A DNA stretch of 63,521 nucleotides, filler included, from Octopus bimaculoides (Eukaryota), in assembly GCF_001194135.2 (NCBI RefSeq). It is 5 parts of 5 records of this genome, joined end to end, with 100 filler letters (N's around TTAATTAATTAA, not from the genome) between each part and the next. Parts side by side here need not be neighbours in the genome. Positions count along the whole stretch, not along the records: positions 24,605 to 51,039 come from NC_069008.1; 4 more parts are not named here. One strand, 5' to 3'. Numbering within the stretch: position 1 is the stretch's first letter; each line of letters begins with the position of its first letter. Of this stretch, positions 38,768 through 50,059 are shown one piece after another. The position numbers and the translations under genes were made by a program. The notes beneath the pieces are model-generated. The model searched no databases and was not told the DNA's origin. It worked only from the letters and a program-made list of their open reading frames with translations.

Positions 38768-38827
38768 ATGATGGGTTTCTTAGACATGGATTTCCTCGAC
38801 GATGTCAGACGGATGAACAAACGACAG
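38768..38827 (+). CDS. SEC11: SEC11 coding exon 1
   Basis: [20 protein letters not shown] followed by CAG|GTAAAA donor. Confidence 0.93.
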
Positions 38828-40075
38828 GTAAAACCCACAGCTTTTCTCTGGTCTAAACATGCGGCCCTAAACCCCTTTTTTCTACCAAGGATAACCACAA
38901 CGGAACAGACCTTCTCTCTGATCAAACGTGTTCCAGCTGTGACCATCGCCTCTGTATTCTCTGTTTGTTCTCATAGACAAATATGTAGAGGCATAACTGT
39001 ACTTTAGCGCCCCATAATTTTCAGAATAATCGCTGTACTTTGCTGAATAATCCACGTTTTATAAAGAAATTTTACAGCGATACATTTTTGAGGATATTAA
39101 TTACGATTGTGGTGATATAAAATGTTTTTTTTAATGTTTTTTTAAAATGTTTTTTTGCGACAATTCTCATCTTTCCCGAATTTTTGTTTCTTCATGATTC
39201 TCCTTATGTATATGTTTAAACGTTATCTTCCCCCCCAAAAATATGGTTTCGTAGATGTAGATTACGAAATATTGGTTTACGAAGCATCAAACATATTAGG
39301 AACAAAAAAAAAAGTGAGAAATGCTAGAATTTACGGAAGTAGTTGCAAATTGGGAAAGAACTTGGGACGGAGGAAGAACGACCGGAACTAACCCCAAACT
39401 CACACGAACCAGTGTTTTATTTCTAAATTTCATCACCAGAATCGTAATCTACACCCTTGAAAATGTCATTTAAAAACATTTAAAGAGAAATAGGAAAATA
39501 CAAAATTCCGGGGACACTAATCTGTAGATATCCCCCACACATATATATATATATATATATACATGTATACATGCTGCTATTTCTAGCGAGTAGATGTCCT
39601 ATTATAGGCGTCTCTGCATTTCTAATGAATATATATACATGTATATAGGTTGTGAAATGAACACTTTAAGAAACCTGTGCTTTTGTCCATTTGAGTTCTG
39701 TAAGGATTTGTCTGTTATTTTTAGCACGTGAAATTACCACATAAGAGATTTGTTTCTCCCAGCGACTGACTTCTATCGATTTGAGGGAGTTGTTGCCTGC
39801 TCTTTCTACCATGTCAACCCCTTCACCACGCAGATGTATTTATTGTTGCTCTCAGTAATGATCCACTCCTGCAGAGAGAGACTTCTGTTCGGAGGTATTG
39901 TATTCCGGCCGTGACTATCCCGACATTTACAGGTGTCCATTCACACCAAATTATCCACACAGTGTAGCTTTTTCTTATCTTAAATAACTGCGTTGTTTGA
40001 AGGGTATTTAGCACCTGTTTCTCGCATGTCAACCGGCCACGTTGAGACTCCATTGGACCATATGTTATCGTAGAT

Positions 40076-40106
<31 letters not shown>

Positions 40107-40131
40107 CACGNNNNNNNNNNGCATACAAAAC

Positions 40132-40181
<50 letters not shown>

Positions 40182-43100
40182 CGGAGAGGGTTACAAAAGC
40201 CCTTACATGCTTAGAAATAGCAGTCAAAGCTGCTATAAAAACCATCATAATCACTTATTTTTCTCTCCACAGCATTATTGTGGACAGAAAAATAGGAGTA
40301 ATTATGGTGGTTTTGACTGCTATTTCTGAGCATGTGATGGTTTTTGTAACCCTGTCTGTAGTAATTATGATTTAATCATAGTTATAAACACACTCTCTTT
40401 ATATATTTATTTGATAGCATGCCTGACCATTGATATATTCACGAACAATTTTTAATTGTTTATGGTATATCCTTTGGAATGTAAGTTTTACATTCTCTTC
40501 TTATATATATATATATATATATATATATNNNNNNNNNNNNNNNNNNNNNNNNNNNNNNNNNNNNNNNNNNNNNNNNNNNNNNNNNNNNNNNNNNNNNNNN
40601 NNNNNNNNNNNNNNNNNNNNNNNNNNNNNNNNNNNNNNNNNNNNNNNNNNNNNNNNNNNNNNNNNNNNNNNNNNNNNNNNNNNNNNNNNNNNNNNNNNNN
40701 NNNNNNNNNNNNNNNNNNNNNNNNNNNNNNNNNNNNNNNNNNNNNNNNNNNNNNNNNNNNNNNNNNNNNNNNNNNNNNNNNNNNNNNNNNNNNNNNNNNN
40801 NNNNNNNNNNNNNNNNNNNNNNNNNNNNNNNNNNNNNNNNNNNNNNNNNNNNNNNNNNNNNNNNNNNNNNNNNGTTTCTACAGCTGGATGCCCTTCCTAA
40901 CGCCAACCACTCAGCAAAGTGTAGTGAGTGCTTTTTACGTGCCACTGGCACGATTATTTCTAACAACTAAAAACGAAATTATTTTCTACTTTCAGCTTTA
41001 TTATCAAGTGTTAAACTTTGCTATGATTGTGTCGTCGGCCCTGATGATTTGGAAAGGTTTGATGGTGGTCACTAGCAGCGAAAGCCCTATTGTTGTCGTT
41101 CTCAGGTGAGTTGGTGATGTGGTGAATTGATCTTCCTGGATAGAACGATAGTCTGCTTTAGGTAACTTTCTCTGGCTGGAATGGCCTTAGAGAAGAAAGT
41201 TTAGTCAACTTAGATAGGCAAATGGAATTGTTTCTCCTGCCCCAGTATATAAATATTGTATGTATACACCCATATACATTCACACATACAGACACACACA
41301 CCCACAAGTACAAATATATTCACACACTCACATACAAAAATATTTTCTCACGCACACACACACACACAGTCCAAATAGAACACAGGAGCACTTGTTCCTC
41401 CAGTCACTCTGCATCAACAGGTCAAACTCATTTGGTAGTGGTGGTGGTGGTAGTAGTAGTAGTGGTAGTAAATCTTCCAGGACTGAATGTAACACATTGT
41501 CATCATTCATTATTTGTTTTCTTTCTTCTCAAACTGCACTCCTCTCCCCCTCTTCTCGCACCCTTCTCCCCATTCTTGCACCTGTCTCCCTCACACTCAT
41601 CTCCTACCCTGACACTTGTCACTCACACTCTCACCCTATACTCCTCTTTCTCTCTCCCCCCCATCATACTCCTCTCATTAATCCTCCACCTTCTACCCTT
41701 CTTCTCCCTTCCAGTGGCAGTATGGAGCCAGCCTTCTACAGAGGAGACTTGCTCTTTCTCACCAATTACCAAGAGGAACCGATTCGTGTTGGAGACATTG
41801 TCGTGTTCAAAGTCGAGGGCCGAGACATTCCGATCGTACACAGAGTCTTAAAAGTACATGAAAAGTAAGTTTACAAACTTCTGTTTGGGACATGCCGTAT
41901 TACAGGTATTGGTGAGGGGAATCCCCCTCCCACTCCTTGTCACAAGGTGTATTACAGACACTGGTGGATCCTGCTTACAGCCTGTTAGACTGAGCTGTTG
42001 AGCACACCAATATATATTTGTTTTGGTATATGCAACAGGAGCAGTATTAGATCAAAATGGTCGTCTATATATCATTTAAAGAAAAAAAAAAAAGTGTCTC
42101 CACAAGGTAAAGAAAGGCTTCACTCAACATTTCTCCACTCAAAATCAAATCAAATCAAATGGAAATTGTTCTGGCCGATGCCAGTGCCACCTGACTGTCT
42201 CCCCATGCATAGAATAATGGTTTCATGTTTTTTATATAATTAAGCTCTAAACTGTTAATTTATGAATGCGAAAGAGACAGTTGAATAACTGTAAAACCTA
42301 CTTTTGGGCCACCCTACATGTATGCACACATATATATATTCTGTTTTTCTTTTTACTTGTTTGTCATTTGACTGTGGCCATGCTGGAGCACCGCCTTTAG
42401 TCGAACAAATCAACACGAGGACTTAATCTTTGTAAGCCTAGTACTTATTCTATGTGTCTTTTGATGACCTGCTAAGTTACATAGACATAAACACACCAAC
42501 ATCGGCTGTGAAGCAACAGTGTGGGGACAAACACCAACACACATACATATATATATGATGGGCTTCTTTCAGTTTCCATCTACCAAATCCACTCACAAGG
42601 CTTTAGTAGAAGTCACTTGCCTAAGGTGTCATGCAGTGGGGCTGAACGCAGAACCATGTGGTTGGGAAGCAAGCTTCTTACCACACAGCCACGCCTACGG
42701 CTATATATATATATATATATATANNNNNNNNNNAAGCTTCTTACCACGCATACGGCTATATATATATATATATATATATATATTTCTACAAACACACACA
42801 CACAGGTATAAATATGCATGTAGGTGTGTGTTTGTTGTATTTGTCCTCAATACAGTTTCAAAACCAGTCTTAGTTTGTATTTTGTATATGTCCCTATCAC
42901 TTACCTGTTTGGCAAAAAGAGACTGACTGAATAAATACTGGGGTCGATTTACTGGACTAAATCCTTCAAGGTGGTGCCCCAGCATGGTCTCAGTCCAAGG
43001 ACTGAAACGAGTAAAAGATAAATTTAAAACATAATCATTTCCTTTGTTTTTGTTCGTTTTTTTTCTTAGGGTAGACGGCAGCGTAAAATTCCTAACCAAG

Positions 43101-44625
43101 GGAGATAACAATTCTGTGGATGACAGAGGGTTATACGCCCCTGGACAGCTCTGGTTAAAAAAGAAAGACGTTGTGGGACGAGCACGAGGGTGAGTTTTCG
43201 TTGCCACTCAGCACTCCTCTAGCTTCACTCAACAGTCCTAGAATCACTCATGTTTTCTTAGTCTCATATGCCTCAACTTTCACTCATGTTGGTCATCTCT
43301 GTCTCCACTCTGCACACCTATTCTCTCGCTGTACTCAACTCTCCTCCAGCCTCACTCAATTCTCCTCTCGCTTTGCTCAACTCTTTTAGCTTCATTCAAG
43401 TTTTCTCTAGCTTCGCTCACCATTCCTCTAGCTTCACTCAGCTCTCCTCTGGCGTCACTCAGCACTCCTCTGGCTTCACTCAGCACTACTCTCTCACTCA
43501 ATAATAATAATAATAATAATAATATTTAAAATAGTTTGATATGGCCCTTTATATATGTAAAGTATATCTCTGCCTGACCTTATATTCTCTCTGTTGACAG
43601 GTTTGTGCCCTATGTTGGAATCGTAACAATATTAATGAATGATTATCCTAAATTAAAAGTAAGTATAACGAGTTTGGTTAATTTATTTAACAAAGAAGTG
43701 GTGGGGGAGGAAGCATTTTCTGTACCTACTATGTGGTACCTGTCTACAGTTGGGTGGACTGTACTTACCTCGTGGCACCCATTTACGACTAGGTGGACTG
43801 CACCTGTTTACACCTATGATGAAGCACAACAATGCCCAAACGTCTCTCTTTCGAATGAAGTTCCAGGAGCCTGACACAAAAGGCTGTGTGGGGACCCAGC
43901 ATTTCCTCTGTGTGTTACAACAGACTCCTAAAAGAGGCTGAGGTAGGATTTGCACTCCGACCTCGTAAAACCTTCACCAGCAATATCATCATCATCATCA
44001 TCAAGTAACGCATGTGCTGGACGCTTTGACATGGAGCTGTCCATACCCCAACTGTCTGTTATGGCAGGGTTTCTATGGCTGGATGCCCTTCTTAATACCA
44101 ACGACTGGTCAAAACAGACCCATGGGTTGGAGGGTTGTCACCTAAGTGGGGGGTGGCAAAAGTGTTACAGTGCATGCCCCCCTCCCCTACTACTTCTCTT
44201 ATCATCATCTAAGGGGATGAGGTGGTGGAATTGTTGGTGCACTTGGTTTACCAGCATTTCATCTGTCTTCATGTTTTGGGATCAAATCCTGCTATGGTTG
44301 ACTTTGCCTCTCATCCTATTGGGGTCGATAAAATAAATACCAGTTGAGCACTGGGGTCAATGTAATCAACTTACACCTGCCACAAAATTTGAAGGCGATA
44401 TTAGTGACCGAGACATTTGGCAATATGCTGTGCATGAGTAGAAGACCCTTCAAGCAGAGTATTTAACTTCTCTTAAAGCCAGGAACTTTCCAGCCCCACC
44501 CCTAGAATACATTTTTGACTGCTGTGACACAATCTCTCATTTGTTTGTTTTTCTTTTCTTTTCTTTCTTTGCAGTATGCTATATTGGTCTGTCTTGGACT
44601 GTTTGTACTCATCCACAGAGAATAA
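38768..44625 (+). CDS. SEC11: Signal peptidase complex catalytic subunit SEC11, spliced CDS: 38768-38827, 40996-41105, 41715-41864, 43070-43189, 43601-43658, 44575-44625 (549 nt, 182 aa)
   Basis: Exons join in phase (0,2,2,2,0) with GT-AG boundaries to give [182 protein letters not shown]. This closely matches metazoan SEC11A/C, including the catalytic SGSMEP, VHRV and GDNN..DDR motifs. Confidence 0.97.
40182..40358. mobile_element. Foldback MITE in SEC11 intron 1
   Basis: Left arm gagagggttacaaaagcccttacatgcttagaaatagcagtcaaa...ctccaca versus right arm tgtgga...tttgactgctatttctgagcatgtgatggtttttgtaaccctgtc; 7-nt loop; TA-rich flanks. Confidence 0.8.
40996..41105 (+). CDS. SEC11: SEC11 exon 2 (110 nt, transmembrane segment)
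   Basis: tttcag| [38 protein letters not shown]|gtgagt. Confidence 0.96.
41715..41864 (+). CDS. SEC11: SEC11 exon 3 (150 nt; completes the catalytic Ser motif, contains catalytic His)
   Basis: cccttccag| (S)[13 protein letters not shown]...[14 protein letters not shown]|gtaagt. Confidence 0.96.
42352..42698 (-). mobile_element. SINE family A copy (SEC11 intron 3, antisense)
   Basis: Head rc ggcgtggctgtgtggtaagaagcttgcttcccaaccacatggttc..., tail rc ggtgctccagcatggccacagtcaaatgac. Related copies or fragments at ~4610-4860, 29470-29582, 34340-34640, 35920-36208, 42905-43020, 45240-45300, 47205-47333, 52840-53040, 62888-63060. Confidence 0.85.
43070..43189 (+). CDS. SEC11: SEC11 exon 4 (120 nt)
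   Basis: ttttcttag| (K)[41 protein letters not shown]|gtgagt. Confidence 0.96.
43205..43500. repeat. Degenerate ~21-bp minisatellite in SEC11 intron 4
   Basis: Units resembling cactcagcactcctctagctt. Confidence 0.75.
43601..43658 (+). CDS. SEC11: SEC11 exon 5 (58 nt)
   Basis: ctgttgacag| (G)[19 protein letters not shown] |gtaagt. Confidence 0.96.
44575..44625 (+). CDS. SEC11: SEC11 exon 6 coding part (51 nt including TAA)
   Basis: tttctttgcag| [16 protein letters not shown], matching the typical SEC11 C-terminus ..HRE. Confidence 0.95.
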   Translation, partial: YAILVCLGLFVLIHRE

Positions 44626-45179
44626 TAATCCATTGGACAGACAGACAGACATATTGTTCAGAATTCTCCGTTCATCATCTCATCAAGACCATTCCTGATC
44701 ATCCACCTTGTCTCTTCTCACACACTTTTTCCCCCCTCTCCCCTGTTCTTTGTTGCATGTGCATGCACACACAAACACACACACAGTGGATGCTTGCACA
44801 TGCACAAATGTGCGCACATACGCACAAAGACGTCCTCAGCTGTGGATTGACTCATCCATTACAAACTCCCTTCACAAAAGGCCCCTGTTGCAGACAAAGC
44901 CTCTGGTAACCAATGGTAACAGCCCAGACTGTCCCTTCTACGGCCTGCCCTTCCTGCTCTGTCGCTACCCATGTTCCAGCACTGATGGACGCCTCATTAT
45001 GTACAGCAGGGAACGCCGTTGTAAATTTCTATGAATGTGCCACACACTTATACACACATATATTCACAAACACAAACGTGTGTGTGTGTATATATGCATA
45101 CACTAACACACATGCTTGTGTGACCACATGGGGATTTACAAATCCACTTATGGATGGTTTGTTTTTATGTCCAAGTTAG

Positions 45180-45185
45180 AATAAA
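45180..45185 (+). terminator. Candidate SEC11 polyadenylation signal
   Basis: AATAAA about 555 nt after the stop codon, followed by T-rich sequence and then repeats. Confidence 0.45.
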
Positions 45186-45487
45186 AACAATTTAAAATGA
45201 AACAGAAGAATTGCTCAATATTTTTTCAGAAAACATTCTTGTATTTATTTCAGTTGATCCCAGGACTTATTCTATCAGTCTCTTTTGCCGAACCACAATG
45301 GTGGTGTGGGTGTGTATGCAGGATGCAGAAATACTCTTGGTTGGTGTTAGAGTTTGCAGAAAATTGCTGGGAGTGAGGAACTCGTGGCTATTTTCACAGC
45401 ATTCTTTCAGGAGAGGGACACTCTGATAGAAAACCTGTGGTTTCACATGATTATTGGTCATCATGCTTTGGCCGGTCATTAAGTGTT

Positions 45488-45920
45488 AATAACCCTTTCT
45501 ACTAAAGGCACAAGACTTGAAATATTGTGGGAGGCGGCCAGTCAATTACATCAACCCTAGTGTTTTATTGACCCTAAAAGGATGAAAGACATGTAAAGAC
45601 ATGAAATGTTGCTAAGAATTTCGCCTGGTTCTGCCAGCTTCCTGACTAAATAATCCTTTCTACTAAAGGCACAAGGCCTGAAATTTTGGCGGAGGGGACT
45701 AGTCATTTACATCGATCCCTAGTATCTCACTGGTACTTACTTTATCAACCCCAATAGGATGAAAGGCAAAGTCGACCTCGGCAGAATTTGAACTCAGAAC
45801 ATAAAGACAGATGAAACGCCGCTAAGCATTTTACCTGGCACACTAATGATTCCACCAGCTCACCACCTTAATAATAATAATAATAATAATCCTTTCTACT
45901 ATAGGCACAAGGCTCTAACT
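45488..45920 (-). mobile_element. Tandem cluster of three SINE family B copies or fragments
   Basis: Repeated aatcctttctact(a/t)aaggcacaag...ggatgaaaggcaaagtcgacctcggcagaatttgaactcagaac. Other copies at ~2832-2988, 6181-6498, 9043-9239, 26525-26700, 44243-44391, 54730-54840, 61167-61498. Confidence 0.85.
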
Positions 45921-45935
45921 TTAAAACCTTGTTAC

Positions 45936-45966
<31 letters not shown>

Positions 45967-46071
45967 TTTNNNNNNNNNNNNNNNNNNNNNNNNNNNNNNN
46001 NNNNNNNNNNNNNNNNNNNNNNNNNNNNNNNNNNNNNNNNNNNNNNNNNNNNNNNNNNNNNNNNNNNNNNN

Positions 46072-46109
<38 letters not shown>

Positions 46110-46149
46110 GTGCAAATGGCTTTTTATACAATGCATAACTCAGGCAAAT

Positions 46150-46990
46150 AAGTTTTAACTTCATCTCCTTTGAAATAGTCACCTTGCACAGCAGTATACT
46201 GGTTCCAGCATTTCTTGCCACTTTTGTAATCCAGCTTGGAAGCCATTTTCCATTAACAAGTCAAATACCTTCTCTTGTTTGCTCTGAATCTCGACAACGT
46301 TTGTTAAAACAGCGACCTTTGAACTGCATTTTCAGCTTGGTGGGAAGAGATGGAAGTCCACAGGTGCTAAATCTGGCAAATAGGGCAGGTGCAGAAGCGA
46401 TACCATGTTGTTTCTGATGAGAAACTGAAGAGAGTTTGGCGACATTGTGTGTTGTCTTGAAGAATCTAATTCCTCGTGCTCTACAGATCCAGACACTTTT
46501 GTTGAATGTCCTGCCCCAAATGCTTCAAAATATCACAAAACAACCCTCAATTGATGGTCTGGCCCTGGGGGGGCAATGAATTCTCAATGCACAATACCAC
46601 ATTTCCAGGGGTGATGCTTGTGGAAGGTCTTCCAGAGATGTTCTTCCACTTTTGAAGCTCCCATGTCACTTCAAGACATCGCCTCGTCTCTGCAAATTTG
46701 TCAAAGTATGCTCAATGTCTTTGTAGCAGACTTCCCAAGTTTAACACAAAATTTCACATTGGTTCTTCGTTCCATGATCATAAAAGCACAAATTTCACAA
46801 GTTGCAAAGTAAACACAGCGATGTCCCTTGGCACACTGCTTCATGAAGGTCCCTGCTAGCTCTCACTGTGCATGCAGCCATGTGCTGCCATCTGTTGGTG
46901 TGCCACAGAACAAGTCCAGGAACTTTTGATGCCACCTTGCATGTACAAGGTTGGCCAGAAGTCACTTGACAGTAAATCAAAACCATTTAA
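46150..46990 (-). mobile_element. Internally deleted mariner element between the two genes
   Basis: MERRTNVKFCVKLGKSATKTL..FKSGRTSLED, PGQTIN, and LPYLPDLAPVDFHLFP (SPDLAP-type DD34D motif) remnants. Confidence 0.85.
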
Positions 46991-47128
46991 TTCCAAGATT
47001 AAAACAAAAAATTATTTTATATGTGACTTCGCTAATAAATAGAAAAATGTTGAACAAAACAGTGATTTTAACTCACAGCATTCAATTATTAAACATTAAT
47101 AATTGGAAATGAATAAATAAAATGAATA

Positions 47129-47200
47129 TTAACCCTTTCGTTACTGTATTTATTTTGAGATGCTCTGTTTCTTTCAATTAATTTTAAATATAACAAAGTT
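47129..47200. mobile_element. Truncated piggyBac-type MITE end
   Basis: TTAA followed by CCCTTTCGTTAC terminus; no second end seen. Confidence 0.45.
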
Positions 47201-47204
47201 ATAT

Positions 47205-47333
47205 AGTTTCCGTCTACCAAATCCACTCAAGGCTTTGATTGGCCCAAGGCTATAGCAGAAGACACTTGCCCAAGGTGCCACACAGTGGGACTGAACCCAG
47301 AACCATGTGGTTGGGAAGCAAGCTTCTTACCAC
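47205..47333 (-). mobile_element. SINE family A head in the zinc finger 3' UTR (sense to the gene)
   Basis: rc gtggtaagaagcttgcttcccaaccacatggttctgggttcagtcccactgtgtggcaccttgggcaagtgtcttc, starting ~20 nt after the stop codon. Confidence 0.8.
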
Positions 47334-47355
47334 CTGACAAAGCACTGCCCATATT

Positions 47356-48855
47356 TCACACGGAGGCTGTTTGCTCGTAGTGTTTGCGCCTGTGTCGTGC
47401 AATATAAGAGCTATCGGAATAGGATTTCCCACATATTTCACAATGATATGGACGTTCTCCTGTGTGAGTTCTTTTGTGCTGTTTTAAACTGTTGCTAGAA
47501 ATAAAACATTTCCCACAAGTCACACAACAATGTCGTCTGGTTCTCGTATGGCCCCGTTTGTGAACCAAAAAATTAGAACTGTTAGAGAATGATTTGCCAC
47601 ACTCTTCGCAATGGTACGGCCTTTCTCCGGTGTGTATTCGGTTGTGTTTTGTTAAATCACTGTTAGAATTACAAGACTTCCCACATGTTATGCAGTGGTA
47701 CCGTCGGTCCTTGCTGTGTGTTCTCTTGTGACGCGAGAGATTAGAAGAACCAGGAAACGATTTTCCGCACAGTTCACAATGATACGGTTTCTCGCCTGTG
47801 TGACTACGTTTATGAACTTCAAGGTCAGAATTTCGAAAGTACGACTTACCACACGTTTCGCAGTAAAAGCTTTTTTCTGCAGTATGAACTATTTTGTGAT
47901 TTCTCAACTGATTGTTACTGGCAAAAGATTTTCCGCACGTTTCGCAGTGGAATGTTTTCTGTTCGGTGTGCGTTCTCTGGTGATTGGTTAAATTTCTGTT
48001 ACACACAAAAGATTTCCCACAAATTTCACAGTTAAACGGTTTCTCTCCAGTGTGTGAACGTTTGTGGATGACAAGAATAGAGTCGGCACAAAACGCTTTC
48101 CCACAAATTTCACAGCAAAACGGATTTTCCGCAGTGTGTATGATTTTGTGTCTGACCAAGTTACTTTTCCTGGTAAAAGTTTTACCACATGTTTTACAAC
48201 TGAACTGTTTCCCTCCACTGTGGATTGTTCTATGAATTGCTAGATGAGTATTCTGTGTAAAAGATTTCTTGCATATTTCACAAGTAAACGGTTTCTCTCC
48301 AGTGTGGATTCTGACATGTCTTGCTAATTCACCGTTCGAAGCAAAAGATTTACCGCATATTTCACACGCAATCGCTTTTTCCCCAATGTGTATTCTCCTT
48401 GTGTGTATTCTTAGATATTTCTTAGTGCGGAAACATTTCCCGCATATATCACAACGAAAGGCTCGTTCTCTGGCGTGGGTCCTTTTGTGTGTTGTTAAAT
48501 AACTGTCAAAAGCAAAGGTTTTGCCACACAACTCACAGGCAAACGGTTTTTCTGTTGTATGTCTTTTTATGTGTTTTTTCAAGCAATTCATATTAGGAAA
48601 ATATTTCCCACATATTTCACAGCGACAGGGTTTTTCTCCAGAATGTGTCTCTTTGTGTTTGAAGACTTCCTGTTCTGAAGGGAAAATTTTCCTACAAATC
48701 CCGCATCTATATTCAATAATATATCCCTTTAGTGATTGGTCATCAGCAAATATCTCCCCATGCACAGACTCCTCATCTCCGTCAGTCAGCGTAACTGCAT
48801 CAACATCGCTAAAAGCAGTTGTGTTTGAAGAGTCTAATTGTATAATCTCCTCCAT
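47356..48855 (-). CDS. Tandem C2H2 (Kruppel-type) zinc finger protein, 16 fingers, 499 aa, single coding exon
   Basis: Uninterrupted ORF with 16 C-x2-C-x12-H-x3/4-H units and TGEKP-like linkers. An in-frame TGA at 48877-48879 fixes the ATG at 48855 as the start. The ~48-aa acidic N-terminus has no recognisable effector domain. Confidence 0.95.
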   Translation of the reverse strand: MEEIIQLDSSNTTAFSDVDAVTLTDGDEESVHGEIFADDQSLKGYIIEYRCGICRKIFPSEQEVFKHKETHSGEKPCRCEICGKYFPNMNCLKKHIKRHTTEKPFACELCGKTFAFDSYLTTHKRTHARERAFRCDICGKCFRTKKYLRIHTRRIHIGEKAIACEICGKSFASNGELARHVRIHTGEKPFTCEICKKSFTQNTHLAIHRTIHSGGKQFSCKTCGKTFTRKSNLVRHKIIHTAENPFCCEICGKAFCADSILVIHKRSHTGEKPFNCEICGKSFVCNRNLTNHQRTHTEQKTFHCETCGKSFASNNQLRNHKIVHTAEKSFYCETCGKSYFRNSDLEVHKRSHTGEKPYHCELCGKSFPGSSNLSRHKRTHSKDRRYHCITCGKSCNSNSDLTKHNRIHTGERPYHCEECGKSFSNSSNFLVHKRGHTRTRRHCCVTCGKCFISSNSLKQHKRTHTGERPYHCEICGKSYSDSSYIARHRRKHYEQTASV

Positions 48856-49016
48856 ATTAATCGAGGAATTCTTTAATCAATAACCAATAATCATTCGGTT
48901 TAAAGTCACGGTTATCTCAGCGAAGCTTTAATGTCGAAAATATGATGCAGCTATATTCTCTAGTCATCATTAGAACGTACTTTGTACACAATGGACAGTC
49001 TCAACGTGACAGACTG

Positions 49017-49035
49017 CTGTAAAAGAAAAAAAAAC
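49017..49035 (-). promoter_or_regulatory. 3' splice acceptor of a 5'-UTR intron of the zinc finger gene (NAGNAG)
   Basis: Minus strand reads ttttttttt-c-tttt-acag|cag, ~160 nt upstream of the ATG. Confidence 0.55.
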
Positions 49036-50059
49036 TTCGACTTCCACGAGAAGAAATGGAGAAACGGTTATTGGATCTTATGTAGACAAAGAAAAAAAAA
49101 ATGGATGGTGTCTTTAACCGATAGTAGTGGACAGTCTGGCGAAATTGGCATTCATCTACATCTTTCTGTGTGGTGTGTAAAGAGAAAGCGAATGGATCCG
49201 AGCGTTAAACTAATACATCCTTTTGTTGTTTACACCACCTGTCCTCGTCTGTTGTTTTTTCGTAAATTCTCCCATAGATAGATAGATAGACAGAGATTAG
49301 ACAGATAGATAGATAGATACGAGGTATACAATTATAGACTGGTTACATGTGCATCTTTTTCCCGACTTATGGAATCCTAGGCTACATATATACATCTATG
49401 TATGTATATAGACGATATTAATTAATATCAATTTAATACCAGGTAACCAGCACATTAATATGTAATTTTCACTAGAATTGCCCGCTTTACGTTTTTGTTA
49501 CTTCGCTAAATTCAACTTTGAGAATTATCCGGTCTTCGTAGACACATGACATGTGATCTTCTTCTAGCACATTGGCAGTCCACATAGTGGCCTCTATATA
49601 TATTTAGACGGATAGACACATGTGTCTGTTGGGCAGACGAAAAGAGGTTGGTTGCTGGAGATAAGAGGAAAGCTTAGAGGAAATTAATCCAATAAATGCG
49701 TACTTAAGAGCTGAAAATCATCTGGAAAAATAAACACAGATGAAAGGTAAAAAGTGTTCATTGATTGATTTGTTGGTGATTAAAAGTCATTTCCCGTCCT
49801 CACGAAGCTGATGGAAATCACCGATCTTGGGCCACAGGGAGCTTCTCCTATCCCAGCCACAAATATTAACGTTCGTCTTAACACGAGATAATTACAAAAC
49901 ATTTAATTAACTCGACTAATTAACAATAAAACCAGTAGACGGTGTCATTGAAGATTATTCCCTTCGTGATAGTGACACCGGTGTCGTTCGCTAAAAGTCC
50001 CTGATGTAGTTTAATACATTCGGAAACGACTTTGATTATATTAATTTGCTTCTTGGTTC

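Noticed and set aside
41222-41868. 202-209-aa ORFs overlapping SEC11 intron 2 and exon 3
   Set aside because: Only 41715-41864 is homologous; the upstream part is low-complexity intron open by chance
42734-42760. Short duplicate of the SINE head after a 10-N gap
   Set aside because: Likely an overlap artefact at a contig join
47695-48883. Four plus-strand ORFs antisense to the zinc finger gene
   Set aside because: Antisense frames of tandem C2H2 repeats are commonly stop-poor; there is no independent coding signal
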